A stretch of 64,000 bases of DNA from an uncultured virus (IMG/VR IMGVR_UViG_3300024270_000041) (lineage: Duplodnaviria; Heunggongvirae; Uroviricota; Caudoviricetes), in the IMG/VR virus record IMGVR_UViG_3300024270_000041; one strand, written 5' to 3'. The first letter of the stretch is position 1. Every line of letters begins with the position of its first letter. Shown here in pieces: positions 40,508-50,100 of this stretch. Below the pieces are notes generated by a model. The model was not told the origin of the DNA and ran no database searches. It worked only from the letters and a program-made list of their open reading frames with translations. A program made the translations under genes and the position numbers.

Positions 40508-41697
40508 TATTCTTCATCCTCCTCTTCTTCCTCATCCTTTTTACCGAATAATTCCTCAAAGAAATTCGCTACGTTCATGCTACCTATCGTAGCGTTCATA
40601 ATTGCGTTAATGTCTCCCTCTGTGATGTAATAGTCTCCGGATGGTATTTCAAACAGAATCGATTTAAGTGGGAACTTCTTTCGAAGTGCTTCCACCATCG
40701 ATTTAACAGCCGGTACTGTAGCAAGTTTTGGTTCGAAACGCTCGTTCATCAACTGCAACATCTCATCATAAGTATACCTAGGTATTGATAATGTGTCAAG
40801 GCTATATGCCATAACCATCCCATTCATGAAATATGTCATACGCTCCTTTATCGTATCGATAATTAATACACCCGAAGAATATACCCCGCGATATCTAACC
40901 CAGAACTCGGTAGGGTTCATTGTTAGAGTATACGGTCCTGACTGTTCGTCAAACAACTGCAGTTTAATCTTTCCGTCAGGAGATGGGAAATTGTCAGATA
41001 TCTCTGTTATCACAGCGAAGTCTCGCTCGATATGTTCCCAGCCAATACAGTGATTCTTTGCCATCATTATAACAGCACCAGGGACTATACCCTCCTTACT
41101 ATGATGGGAAGAATCCATATTTGCCTCGATATATTCTCTCGAAGCCGATACCGATTTATTATCCTCAGCTTGTGCCAATGTATAATAGATTACGGGGGCT
41201 TTATCCTTAGCAATCTTCATATACACAGTGATCCTAGATGGTCCGTAATCTGTCTCATTAGGAGACATGATGAAACGTTCCTCTTTGTTAACCCAAATCA
41301 TTGGGTATCTTTCGGCATCCTTTTCATCAATCCCTGAACCGTCAAACCAGTTAGGGATTGTGTCCATCGTGATATGAACCATATCCAGTCCTTCACTATC
41401 AGGGCCAGGGAACGTTACATTCACGAATTGGTTCTGTATACAAATTGTCATAGGCCTATTACTAAGGTCCTTATCTGTCCATACCTCGATGCCTGCGATA
41501 TTGCTTCTGATACATATTGCATAAGCCCGAACTGTCGTGATTGTCGAGCTGTGCTCAAGTACGAGCATACAGGGTTTCTCGGTACTTTCATACGCGATAT
41601 ACCCATTCATATCTTCAACAAATGCCTGCTTATTTCGTTCATCAGACAGTGGCTTAGCGTTGATGAATACTCTGTCAAGATATTTGATATCAATCAT
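40507..41697 (-). CDS. Hypothetical accessory protein
   Basis: 396-aa ORF with GGAGGTG RBS; shares a GIVPGxIxxM segment with the downstream gene. Confidence 0.75.
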   Translation of the reverse strand: MIDIKYLDRVFINAKPLSDERNKQAFVEDMNGYIAYESTEKPCMLVLEHSSTITTVRAYAICIRSNIAGIEVWTDKDLSNRPMTICIQNQFVNVTFPGPDSEGLDMVHITMDTIPNWFDGSGIDEKDAERYPMIWVNKEERFIMSPNETDYGPSRITVYMKIAKDKAPVIYYTLAQAEDNKSVSASREYIEANMDSSHHSKEGIVPGAVIMMAKNHCIGWEHIERDFAVITEISDNFPSPDGKIKLQLFDEQSGPYTLTMNPTEFWVRYRGVYSSGVLIIDTIKERMTYFMNGMVMAYSLDTLSIPRYTYDEMLQLMNERFEPKLATVPAVKSMVEALRKKFPLKSILFEIPSGDYYITEGDINAIMNATIGSMNVANFFEELFGKKDEEEEEDEE

Positions 41698-42011
41698 GCC
41701 TGCTCACCTCCAAGCCATTCGTTATACATATTGTGTACCATACCATCTGTGAGGTTAAAGTGATACTGAGACATGCCCCAGTTATCATTCAGGGTAATTT
41801 CGAGAATCTCTCTGAAATCTCTGATATTACTGATTACCACACCAGATTTTTCAAGTTCTGCTTCTGTGACGGAAGCATACACTTCACCATTCTTATACAG
41901 GTGAATGATTCCCTGACTTGGGGTAAGTCTGAAGTTTCTTACCACCGATACAAGATAGTAATCGCTACCGAGCATACACTGACCATTTTCGTATAATGTG
42001 ATTTCTTTCAT
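41694..42011 (-). CDS. Early hypothetical protein
   Basis: Start MKEITL follows GGAGG; TATATATCAT box at about 42073-42064. Confidence 0.7.
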   Translation of the reverse strand: MKEITLYENGQCMLGSDYYLVSVVRNFRLTPSQGIIHLYKNGEVYASVTEAELEKSGVVISNIRDFREILEITLNDNWGMSQYHFNLTDGMVHNMYNEWLGGEQA

Positions 42012-42279
42012 TTTACATTCCTCCGTATTTAAAATATATGCCAGTATGTATTCTGACATATAGATGATATATACTTTGGTCACTATATCGAAAACATCGT
42101 ATTAAAACGGAGGTGATGGATCCCATGGATACTCTAATTATGAAGCATCCGCCCGAGACCTTGGAGGTGATCCGACACATCTACCAGAGAAATTGGTAAC
42201 TCTGGTTGACTCCAACTTTACCCAGTAAGCTAAATATTCATAGCTTACTGGGTATTACTAAAAACAAAGAAAAAAATAC

Positions 42280-42495
42280 AAAATATAAAGGGGGTACGGT
42301 ATCGTACCCCCAACTTGTTTGTACCACATGCTACATGATACACTCCTTTCTGCCCCTTCTCGGGACTACAACGGTTTTATGGTATGGAAGACCGAGGTAA
42401 CTTCCTTTAGTAGCAGATATAAATATATCCGGCTTGAGAGAGTTCCGAATGGAACGATAAGCTGCCGTTATGATATATTTATCTACCCCTCATTC
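42280..42495 (-). ncRNA. Candidate early structured RNA containing an RBS-ATG-TAG minigene
   Basis: Bipartite early promoter 42534-42502, long 5' helix, GCAGAAAGGAGTGTATC-ATG-TAG (42353-42331), and terminator GGGGGTACG/CGTACCCCC. Confidence 0.5.
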
Positions 42496-42591
42496 AATTA
42501 TACTATATATATGCACAATATTCCGATATTACGGTCTAATCCCTGGCACATAGAAAATACCCAGATAACCATATGGTTATCTGGGTATAAA

Positions 42592-44751
42592 TTACAGCAG
42601 TTTCGTAGTATGAACGCTGATAGGATTTTCAATTTTACTATTGACTGTGAGGGTCGGTAAACTGAGTCCTGTGAACCTCTCGAGTCCCTGCATGAATCCT
42701 GTCATCTGTGCTTCAGCATCCTCAATTCTGAGAGACTTCTGAATTTCCTTGTTAATCTTCTTATCATATCTCTTATTGATAGAGAGAAGCTGATTGGAAG
42801 AAAGGAGCATTGTGATGATACTTGTAGTTGCTCTGAGGATTTCACTATCAGTAGCAACGGAGTTGATAACTCCAGTACCAGCAGGTTCGAATTCTTCGGT
42901 GACGATATTGTAACCAAGATTCTTAGTTACCGCATACTCAAATATAGCACACATGTCATATTTGAGCTCACGGAGTGCTGCATTTTTTTCATGGTCACAG
43001 AGACATCTGAAGAACGGATGCATGTGATTCTTAATTTCATTTCTTGATTCATCATCGATACCGTCCCATGTATATACTGTTGGGAGACATGGGTCATCTG
43101 CAAACTTATTGAGCATTACATCGATAGATGTAAGCATGAATGCCTCTGCAATGTATCTGAGGATAGTATGGTTGATATAATCATCCGGTGTAGAATCCTC
43201 ATTAGCTTCGATTGCTGTAACAAGGTCAAATATAACGGACATAGTTTCGAGATTGAAGCCTCTGATATAACCGTTCTCATATGCCGAACGACATGCGAGT
43301 GTCGCGTCGAGCACAGCGTCTCTTGTGCATCTCTTCTTGAGTTCGGAGTCTCCACCAACGAAGATTACGCCGGTATCACCGACGAACTTAACGAGTCTGA
43401 GGTGTGCCTCCATATAATCCTTCTCAAGTGTCTCTGCATGATGGAATACCTTTTCCTTAGCAGAGTTGAAGTCTTCCTTGAGTGCCGCAAGAGCCGCCTG
43501 ATATGCAACTGTATCCTTTGAGTAATCTTCAAGAAGCAGATACTTTTCAGTAATAGTAAGTCTTGGGGCTCTACCGGCAGAACCTTCAATAATCGCGGAT
43601 GGTTTCTGGCATTCCTGTGATGGGAACATCATATGGAATTCATCGGAGTCTCCGTAATAATGCTCGTAGTTTTCGACCGTTTCATCAGATGCGTTCGTCT
43701 TAAGGAAGTTAAACATACGCACCTTTGTATAGTTAACGATTTCAGAGCCAGTGAGAATAGCGAAGTCAGCAGCATAATCCTTGAGTGCCTTACTTGTAAG
43801 TGAAAGCTGGAAGAGCATTACTGAAAGTTCACCGGCATTTACAACCTTCTCAGCAGCACCCTTAATAGCAGAACCGAGAGCAGAAAGAATCTGGTCATCA
43901 TAACTTGGTGCAAAGATGATAGCCTGAGAATGTTCGCTGTTAGCCAGGTTGACGATATCATTGATAATGCTGTAGTGTTCGTTATACTTCACCATGTGGT
44001 CGAAGATGAAGACACGTGGATTACGAGTATTTACGAACTCCTTATCGCCTCTGAGATAGAGAGGTGCCCAGAGCAGGTGACAGTCGAGTTTGTAACCTCT
44101 GTTAATTGTGTATGTAGTCTCATCAGTATCGGAGAGTGTAACGTGAATGTTAGGGTTATGAGTCTTCTCATAAATCTCTCTGATAGTTTCGGATATCTTC
44201 TCGTTACCATTGGAGGAGATATATGCGATATTATAGATATCTTCGAACTTACAGTCGTCGCCGGTATCTTCGATGATATGCTTATGGGTGTCCTTGTTGA
44301 GCTCGGTAATGATTAAGTCCTTCATAGACTCAATCTTTTCAATAAGCTCAGCCTGTCTGATACGTGAGTTGATTTGGCGTATCTCTGCCATCATCTGGTC
44401 GAAGAGCTGGATGAAGTGGTTTGCAACGACAAGAGCAGTTGTCGTACCGTCTCCAACTCTTGAGTTGAGAGTGAAGCTAATACGCTTGATATAGTTATAA
44501 AGTACTGAGTGTACAGGATCACCGAGTAACAGGTGGTCCAGAACTGTCCAACCGTCCTTAGTAGAGAATGCATTGACTCCATCATCAAGTACCGTGGTAC
44601 TGGCATATGGACCAAGTGTTCTGGTAACTACTTCGGCAGCAGTTTCGCAGATTGCACGCAGAATTGCTTTATATTCTGCAGATTCGATGAGATTAAGACT
44701 TGCACGAATTTCGTTCTTAAGCTCCTCATGTTTTGTCATTTGATTCATCAT
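42592..44751 (-). CDS. groEL: GroEL-like phage chaperonin
   Basis: Motifs RTLGP, TKDGWTV, VGDGTTTA, ISSNG, IFVGGDSELKK and DAVLDATLACRSA. Start follows AAAGGAG. Confidence 0.92.
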   Translation of the reverse strand: MMNQMTKHEELKNEIRASLNLIESAEYKAILRAICETAAEVVTRTLGPYASTTVLDDGVNAFSTKDGWTVLDHLLLGDPVHSVLYNYIKRISFTLNSRVGDGTTTALVVANHFIQLFDQMMAEIRQINSRIRQAELIEKIESMKDLIITELNKDTHKHIIEDTGDDCKFEDIYNIAYISSNGNEKISETIREIYEKTHNPNIHVTLSDTDETTYTINRGYKLDCHLLWAPLYLRGDKEFVNTRNPRVFIFDHMVKYNEHYSIINDIVNLANSEHSQAIIFAPSYDDQILSALGSAIKGAAEKVVNAGELSVMLFQLSLTSKALKDYAADFAILTGSEIVNYTKVRMFNFLKTNASDETVENYEHYYGDSDEFHMMFPSQECQKPSAIIEGSAGRAPRLTITEKYLLLEDYSKDTVAYQAALAALKEDFNSAKEKVFHHAETLEKDYMEAHLRLVKFVGDTGVIFVGGDSELKKRCTRDAVLDATLACRSAYENGYIRGFNLETMSVIFDLVTAIEANEDSTPDDYINHTILRYIAEAFMLTSIDVMLNKFADDPCLPTVYTWDGIDDESRNEIKNHMHPFFRCLCDHEKNAALRELKYDMCAIFEYAVTKNLGYNIVTEEFEPAGTGVINSVATDSEILRATTSIITMLLSSNQLLSINKRYDKKINKEIQKSLRIEDAEAQMTGFMQGLERFTGLSLPTLTVNSKIENPISVHTTKLL

Positions 44752-45556
44752 TCGGTTTCTCTCCTTTAAAGTATACTGTAGATTTGTCACCCTTGTAGTC
44801 AGTGACATATTTTAACTGAAACCAGTTAGCTTCGCATTTGAAGCGTTGCTTGGTTTCGGATAAGAATTTCTGATGCTTATAGAAACTCTTATCCATAGCA
44901 TCAGCGTCGACTCGAATATTCGGCAATGCTGATATCAGGAAGAGTTTCTTATAGAATTTATCAGTCCCCTCAGGTTCCGATTCAATAACCTCGAGCACCT
45001 CATCGGCCGAGTCACATATGATAGTGGTAATCTCAGGTTTAGCTGTTATGATATCAAGTAACGAGCCTTCCAGTAAGGATATGCGTGGGCCATTTGCTCT
45101 ACCAAATGAGTCTCTTAAGAACTTCTTAGTGATATCAGAGAATGCTGTATCGTAGATATAAATCTTCTTACAGAAGTCATATGTTAGGAACTCATGTAAC
45201 ATTATCTCAACATTTGTAACTGATGCAAAGTATGGATTAGATAGTGCCATTAGCTTTGCGTAATCCTGAGACGCGTTGCTAAATCCAAGTTTATTAAAGT
45301 GCTTGAATGATAAAGCCATGAACTTTAGAAACTCGGCACTTGTAAACGGTGAGAGTAAGTTAAATCTCTCCTCGGCAGACTTGTCGAGTAAGTTGGCAAA
45401 CTTTGTGTAGTTTTCGAGCCAGTACGACTTGAAGTCCGGTAACTGTGTTGCTGCATTATAAAGTAGCTCTCCGGCATTCTTCATACCGCCTCGGAATTTA
45501 ACAAGAAATACCTCATCCCTTGTTTTGGTTACAGGTCTTAAGAAGTCAAATTCCAT
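44726..45556 (-). CDS. Hypothetical protein
   Basis: 276-aa ORF with AAGGAG RBS, overlapping the chaperonin start. Confidence 0.75.
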   Translation of the reverse strand: MEFDFLRPVTKTRDEVFLVKFRGGMKNAGELLYNAATQLPDFKSYWLENYTKFANLLDKSAEERFNLLSPFTSAEFLKFMALSFKHFNKLGFSNASQDYAKLMALSNPYFASVTNVEIMLHEFLTYDFCKKIYIYDTAFSDITKKFLRDSFGRANGPRISLLEGSLLDIITAKPEITTIICDSADEVLEVIESEPEGTDKFYKKLFLISALPNIRVDADAMDKSFYKHQKFLSETKQRFKCEANWFQLKYVTDYKGDKSTVYFKGEKPNDESNDKT

Positions 45557-45617
45557 GTGATTTCTCCTTCAAAAAAATCAGGCGTTGAGTGATATATCAA
45601 CGCCTGATACGAATTCC

Positions 45618-46454
45618 TTAGAATGGATTACTGTCGCTTGCTCCGGTCATCTGCATAAACGCCGCCATATCACCATCGAACTGCTTAAGCTCAAGTGCTG
45701 GTGGAGCTGACTGTGTGAACGCTTGTGTATTTCCAGTCTTCTGCTGGTAAGCAGGAGCCTCAATCTGAATACCATTCTTCATGGCAATCTGATTGATGGT
45801 TGTGCGAGTCTTATAGTTGGTATTACCATATCGGCTTTCAATCTGATGAACAGTGCCATTACACTGAGACTTTACAAACTCATCGAGTGCTGTGATGAAT
45901 GTGATAATCTGTGGATATTCAGTTTCGATGGATTCAAAATCACCTGTGGATGGATCGTAACCAATGATAACTGGTACTGTATCGGTCATCTTGAATACCT
46001 TAACTGTCTTAGGAAGACGTGTAGCCGCGTCGATGTCTGTAGAATATACGATTTCTGGAATATATGGGCCAGATTCAGGTTTACCTGTAGAAATAGAGAG
46101 CACGTTGGTAAGATCCTTATTGGTTGCGACACCGATACTGAAGCCCTTATTGAAGGTGGTATCATCATTTCTCGTATCCACGTATTCCTGGAACTTTGGT
46201 ATGAATTCACTACGAATGCGATTCATAAAAGCTGCCGCCTTTTCGCGGGTAAGAATAGCTGAAAGGTCCTTATCTCCGCCAGTTGGTCGTGGGAATGAAC
46301 GTTTACCGTTTTCATCGTATTTGGCATCCCTGAATGATACAATACAGATATTATCACTGAACTTCAGTGACATCATTACGTTATCACTGAAGAATATAAG
46401 TGACTGTGTGTTAATTGGGAATCTTTCGGTTCCCCCATTGTTGTTAAAAGCCAT
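45618..46454 (-). CDS. Possible single-stranded DNA-binding protein
   Basis: Beta-rich N-terminus, Q/A/P linker and C-terminal SDSNPF tip (like the SSB DDxPF); near the DNA polymerase. Confidence 0.4.
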   Translation of the reverse strand: MAFNNNGGTERFPINTQSLIFFSDNVMMSLKFSDNICIVSFRDAKYDENGKRSFPRPTGGDKDLSAILTREKAAAFMNRIRSEFIPKFQEYVDTRNDDTTFNKGFSIGVATNKDLTNVLSISTGKPESGPYIPEIVYSTDIDAATRLPKTVKVFKMTDTVPVIIGYDPSTGDFESIETEYPQIITFITALDEFVKSQCNGTVHQIESRYGNTNYKTRTTINQIAMKNGIQIEAPAYQQKTGNTQAFTQSAPPALELKQFDGDMAAFMQMTGASDSNPF

Positions 46455-46521
46455 TGTTAAACCTCCTTGTATAATCAATCAGCCGACTAGCTATTGTCGG
46501 CTGACCTATAGCCAATATTTT

Positions 46522-46893
46522 TCATTTGTTATTGGTACCGAGTACCTGACGTTCAGCTCTGTCCTCGACACGCTTATTCATATACATGAGTGCGATTTCG
46601 AGGTGTCTGAGAGCTTCAGCATTCTCTTCGCAAGCAAAATCTCCTCCCTGGAAGAACTTAAGACGGTCTCTTACAATTTCGAGCAGGTCAGTATCAAGTA
46701 CGCCTCTGATACTCTTCTCATCCTTACGAGGTCCCTTCTGGAATATGATAAGTGGGAAAGAGTAGTTCTCGTTATCTGCACAAACGATACGATACTCATG
46801 ATGAGCCCCGCCTGGACCGATATCGTCTTCACGAAATACTCGGTTGAGCTTATTGTGCTTTTGGATTGTGATTAATTCTGTGCCTTTTGACAT
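46522..46893 (-). CDS. tad1: Tad1 anti-Thoeris/CBASS signal sponge protein
   Basis: From recalled sequence, closely matches clostridial Tad1: [43 protein letters not shown]...ENA.AL.H.E.ALM.MN.RVEDR.ER.VLGTN.K. Confidence 0.92.
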   Translation of the reverse strand: MSKGTELITIQKHNKLNRVFREDDIGPGGAHHEYRIVCADNENYSFPLIIFQKGPRKDEKSIRGVLDTDLLEIVRDRLKFFQGGDFACEENAEALRHLEIALMYMNKRVEDRAERQVLGTNNK

Positions 46894-46960
46894 AAGTATT
46901 CCTCCTATGATTAATAAATATTTATGAAATCTGTCGCCGGTGAAGTATAAATCAACCGGC

Positions 46961-49021
46961 TCAGATATTCACGATGTTAGTATAATGCTGTGTTGTTGCA
47001 CCTGTCTTCTGAATCTTTGGACCAAGTGGGTCGATGATAGGATTGATAAGGTTAACAACGTCTGTGATAATTTTGGATGAGTTGATTATATCTTTCATCC
47101 ATGCTGGTAGATTAGTCATATCACGCGGTTTAGCTATACATGTGATAGACATAGTCCATTCATACTCATTAGATGACATAAGAATGTTCCGATAATAATT
47201 CTCGAAGATTTCTCTGTGCTCATAATATAGCTTCTTAAAAGGAACTGCTGCATCGGATTCTTTACTATTAAAGAATGCCTCTGGGTCATCACGCATCATG
47301 AGATACTTCTTCTTTGACATACCAGTATCCAGTGTAACTGGAACCAGGTCGACTTCAGCAGGGAATGCCATCTCTTCTGCAGGGTTAAATGCGTTCCAAA
47401 GATGCACCGCTTTATATCCCTGATTAGACAATGGAGCTTTATATCTTGCAGCGGGATGAACCGTAAGCTGCTTATAGAGTGAGTTATCACCTTCCTGAAG
47501 CAGTACCTTAATCTCTGCTTCATATTCTCTTACAGCTCTTAGAATATTTCTCAAATCGATCTCCGGTGCAAGGATAATCTGGGTATCAATAAGCTCATGA
47601 CATTTCTGTCTTACTGATTCCTTAGTACCGGCTTTCTTAAAGTCAAACCCAGCAACTACACGCTGGTTGTCGATGCCATTGATGAATTTACCCTCTTGGA
47701 GTAATACCTGACCAAAGTATCGTTTCTTAGCAGTACCAAATACGATAATTGGCCAATAAAGCTCGTTCTTCATTGCAAGCTTCTTACCCCACTCAGGGGC
47801 AATCTGTCTAGCCTCAGTAAATGATTCAAATGCTTCTGAGATAGACATAGTCAGAATCATTGTGAAGATATTTACCGACTTAAATGTGAACTCATCCTTA
47901 TTCTCAGTGATAGCATTCTTAAGTGAGTAAGCATACATAATATACTTAACTACCGAGATGAAGTTAGAGTCCGTGTCGATATAAAGTACCGCAGACTTAT
48001 TAGTGTATCTAGTTCGACGTACTCTATCGAATATCTGGTGCTTATAAAGTACGAATACTTTGAGCATCTTAATGATTTCAAGCAGTATTGATTTAGAATC
48101 GTCACGTGCTACAGTATCACACCATTCTTCGCCCATAAAGTCGAATGTATCGATATCACCATTACGGAGAATGATGATAGAGTTGAGAAGCTCAGTATTA
48201 ATTGACTGACAGAAAGGTATATTGAGGAATTCGAAGAGATTATTCTTATAATACATCAGCTTGAGACAGTCCTCATCGGCGGAAGCAATTATTCTCGATA
48301 TAATCATTGCCTCATCTTCAGTGATATTAAAACCGACCTTATCTGCAAGTCTATCGGCTACCTGCTTAGATGTTACTGGTGGTACTCTTGAGAATAATTT
48401 AAGCTCCTCGTCCGTAAGCTTTTCATAATCATGTATGATATTCATCAGATATAATACAAACTCTGTCACGTTGACGAACTTGATATTGTCCGATATGAAG
48501 TTCTCGAAGTGACATGTTGCTGTCGAGATGATTGCCTGACCCATAGCAGTAGTAGCCTGAGCAAGGTTGACATTGAATAGATGAAATTTCATGTAACCGA
48601 GGATACCATAGAGAGAGTTAAGCATAATCTTCTTGTTATTTTGTGCTAAGTCATACATCTGCCATTCTGTAGTACCTTTATCGAACGAATCCCTCTGTTT
48701 CTTGAGAGCCTTACGCTCTTTCATCAAGTCTGCAATCCATTCAGCAAGCAGACTCAGTTTCTGGGAATGTTGTACAAACATGCACCCATCCCCACCAAGG
48801 ACAAGATTGTTTGTCAATATGAGTGATATGACAACGGTCAATGATGAGCGTATGGATGTATTGCGATAGTTATTAACCATTGTACATTTAGGGTCCTTGA
48901 CCTCTATATTATATATTTTACGTAGGGTCTTTTCCAGTACCTCTTCATCCCAATCAGGATGTGCGGTTCTAAGAACTTCTGAAGCCTGGGATACCCATTT
49001 ATCTTCAAATCTTAGTGCCAT
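46961..49021 (-). CDS. Family B DNA polymerase, split subunit (fingers/palm/thumb part)
   Basis: Has [16 protein letters not shown] and KKRYFG. No exonuclease motifs or DxxSLYPS seen, as in split phiKZ/AR9-type PolB. Confidence 0.88.
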   Translation of the reverse strand: MALRFEDKWVSQASEVLRTAHPDWDEEVLEKTLRKIYNIEVKDPKCTMVNNYRNTSIRSSLTVVISLILTNNLVLGGDGCMFVQHSQKLSLLAEWIADLMKERKALKKQRDSFDKGTTEWQMYDLAQNNKKIMLNSLYGILGYMKFHLFNVNLAQATTAMGQAIISTATCHFENFISDNIKFVNVTEFVLYLMNIIHDYEKLTDEELKLFSRVPPVTSKQVADRLADKVGFNITEDEAMIISRIIASADEDCLKLMYYKNNLFEFLNIPFCQSINTELLNSIIILRNGDIDTFDFMGEEWCDTVARDDSKSILLEIIKMLKVFVLYKHQIFDRVRRTRYTNKSAVLYIDTDSNFISVVKYIMYAYSLKNAITENKDEFTFKSVNIFTMILTMSISEAFESFTEARQIAPEWGKKLAMKNELYWPIIVFGTAKKRYFGQVLLQEGKFINGIDNQRVVAGFDFKKAGTKESVRQKCHELIDTQIILAPEIDLRNILRAVREYEAEIKVLLQEGDNSLYKQLTVHPAARYKAPLSNQGYKAVHLWNAFNPAEEMAFPAEVDLVPVTLDTGMSKKKYLMMRDDPEAFFNSKESDAAVPFKKLYYEHREIFENYYRNILMSSNEYEWTMSITCIAKPRDMTNLPAWMKDIINSSKIITDVVNLINPIIDPLGPKIQKTGATTQHYTNIVNI

Positions 49022-49173
49022 AATTTACCTCCTATATTTTTGCGTTATACTATTGATGATAACATCATTCTTCGCTAGAATATAGACTTGAAATGATTAT
49101 TAATTAAACAACTCATGTAATGTATGCAAACATATGTATGCACAATATTAATCCTAAAAGGAGGAATTGTAAT

Positions 49174-49773
49174 ATGTCATCTTTTGATTCAATGTTCGAA
49201 GGTCTCTTCGAGAACAACGATGAAGATATTGCTGCTGGTGCCATGGAATCTACAGTAGGCGATGATTTTGCATTTCTCGATGAAGGTGCTGCTGAACTGA
49301 CTCCCGCTGCTGAATCCGCTATTTTCCTCGAAACTCTTATGGATAGCTTCGATGATCCTAACGAGTTCGCAGATTATGCTATGGAAAATGCTGTATACTG
49401 GGAGACATACGGTCTCATCGACAATGCTACAGAAGCCCTCGAAGCTGTTAAGAAGTTCCAGGTTGATAACTGGAAGCAGGTCAACTTCGAAAGACTCTGG
49501 AAGAGAGAGTGTATCCGTATCGAAGCTCGTAAGGATACAACTACTTGGAAGAAGTATGCTCTCCACAGAGGTAAGATGAGAGAAGCACGTGATGAAATCT
49601 TCCGCAAGAACAAGACTCAGGCTATGAAGAACGTTCGTGCTGCACAGGCTAACTCTAAGAGAAAGGTTGCATCCATGAACACATCCGGTTCAAAGGACCT
49701 CCAGTCCAGACTTAATAAGTCTATCTCTAAGAGTACTTCTGGTAAGGATCCTACAACAGGCAAGCCTTCCTAA
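49174..49773 (+). CDS. Probable abundant internal head protein
   Basis: Acidic leader MSSFDSMFEGLFE with AMES/AAES/ATEALEA, then a very basic C-terminus. High-expression codon bias. Confidence 0.6.
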   Translation: MSSFDSMFEGLFENNDEDIAAGAMESTVGDDFAFLDEGAAELTPAAESAIFLETLMDSFDDPNEFADYAMENAVYWETYGLIDNATEALEAVKKFQVDNWKQVNFERLWKRECIRIEARKDTTTWKKYALHRGKMREARDEIFRKNKTQAMKNVRAAQANSKRKVASMNTSGSKDLQSRLNKSISKSTSGKDPTTGKPS

Positions 49774-49839
49774 CAGACTAATTATACCCAGATAACCATA
49801 TGGTTATCTGGGTATTTTCTATGCACCAAGGGGGGTATG

Positions 49840-49872
49840 ACGTAATATCGGTATATAGTACGTATATATCAT
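49840..49872 (+). promoter_or_regulatory. Bipartite early-type promoter ACGTAAT-N16-TATATATCAT
   Basis: Conserved motif and spacing. Confidence 0.7.
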
Positions 49873-49877
49873 ATTAG

Positions 49878-50100
49878 TGAGAAAAATATATTTATGATTA
49901 TCAATTCTCAGTTGGGACACCGGACGCCCGATCACGTCCGGATTCTATATGGTTGTGGTATGACGATCATATAGTCTAGGATTTTAAGATTGGCGTGGTA
50001 CATACCGACTGCGCCCCAGGGCCGTGGCCTCCTACCAAAAACCCACGGAATATATCAGGATGACCAAACTGGTCATCCTGATATATTTATATTTTTTTTG
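49878..50100 (+). ncRNA. Candidate early multi-hairpin sRNA with CCUCCU loop
   Basis: No RBS-led ORF. Hairpins at 49920-49941, 49945-49974 and 49992-50016, then 50022-50048 with loop CCTCCTACC, then terminator 50049-50087. Confidence 0.6.

Noticed and set aside
49910..50020. tRNA gene
   Set aside because: Multibranch shape, but arm lengths are wrong and there is no TTC T-loop, 7-nt anticodon loop or CCA.
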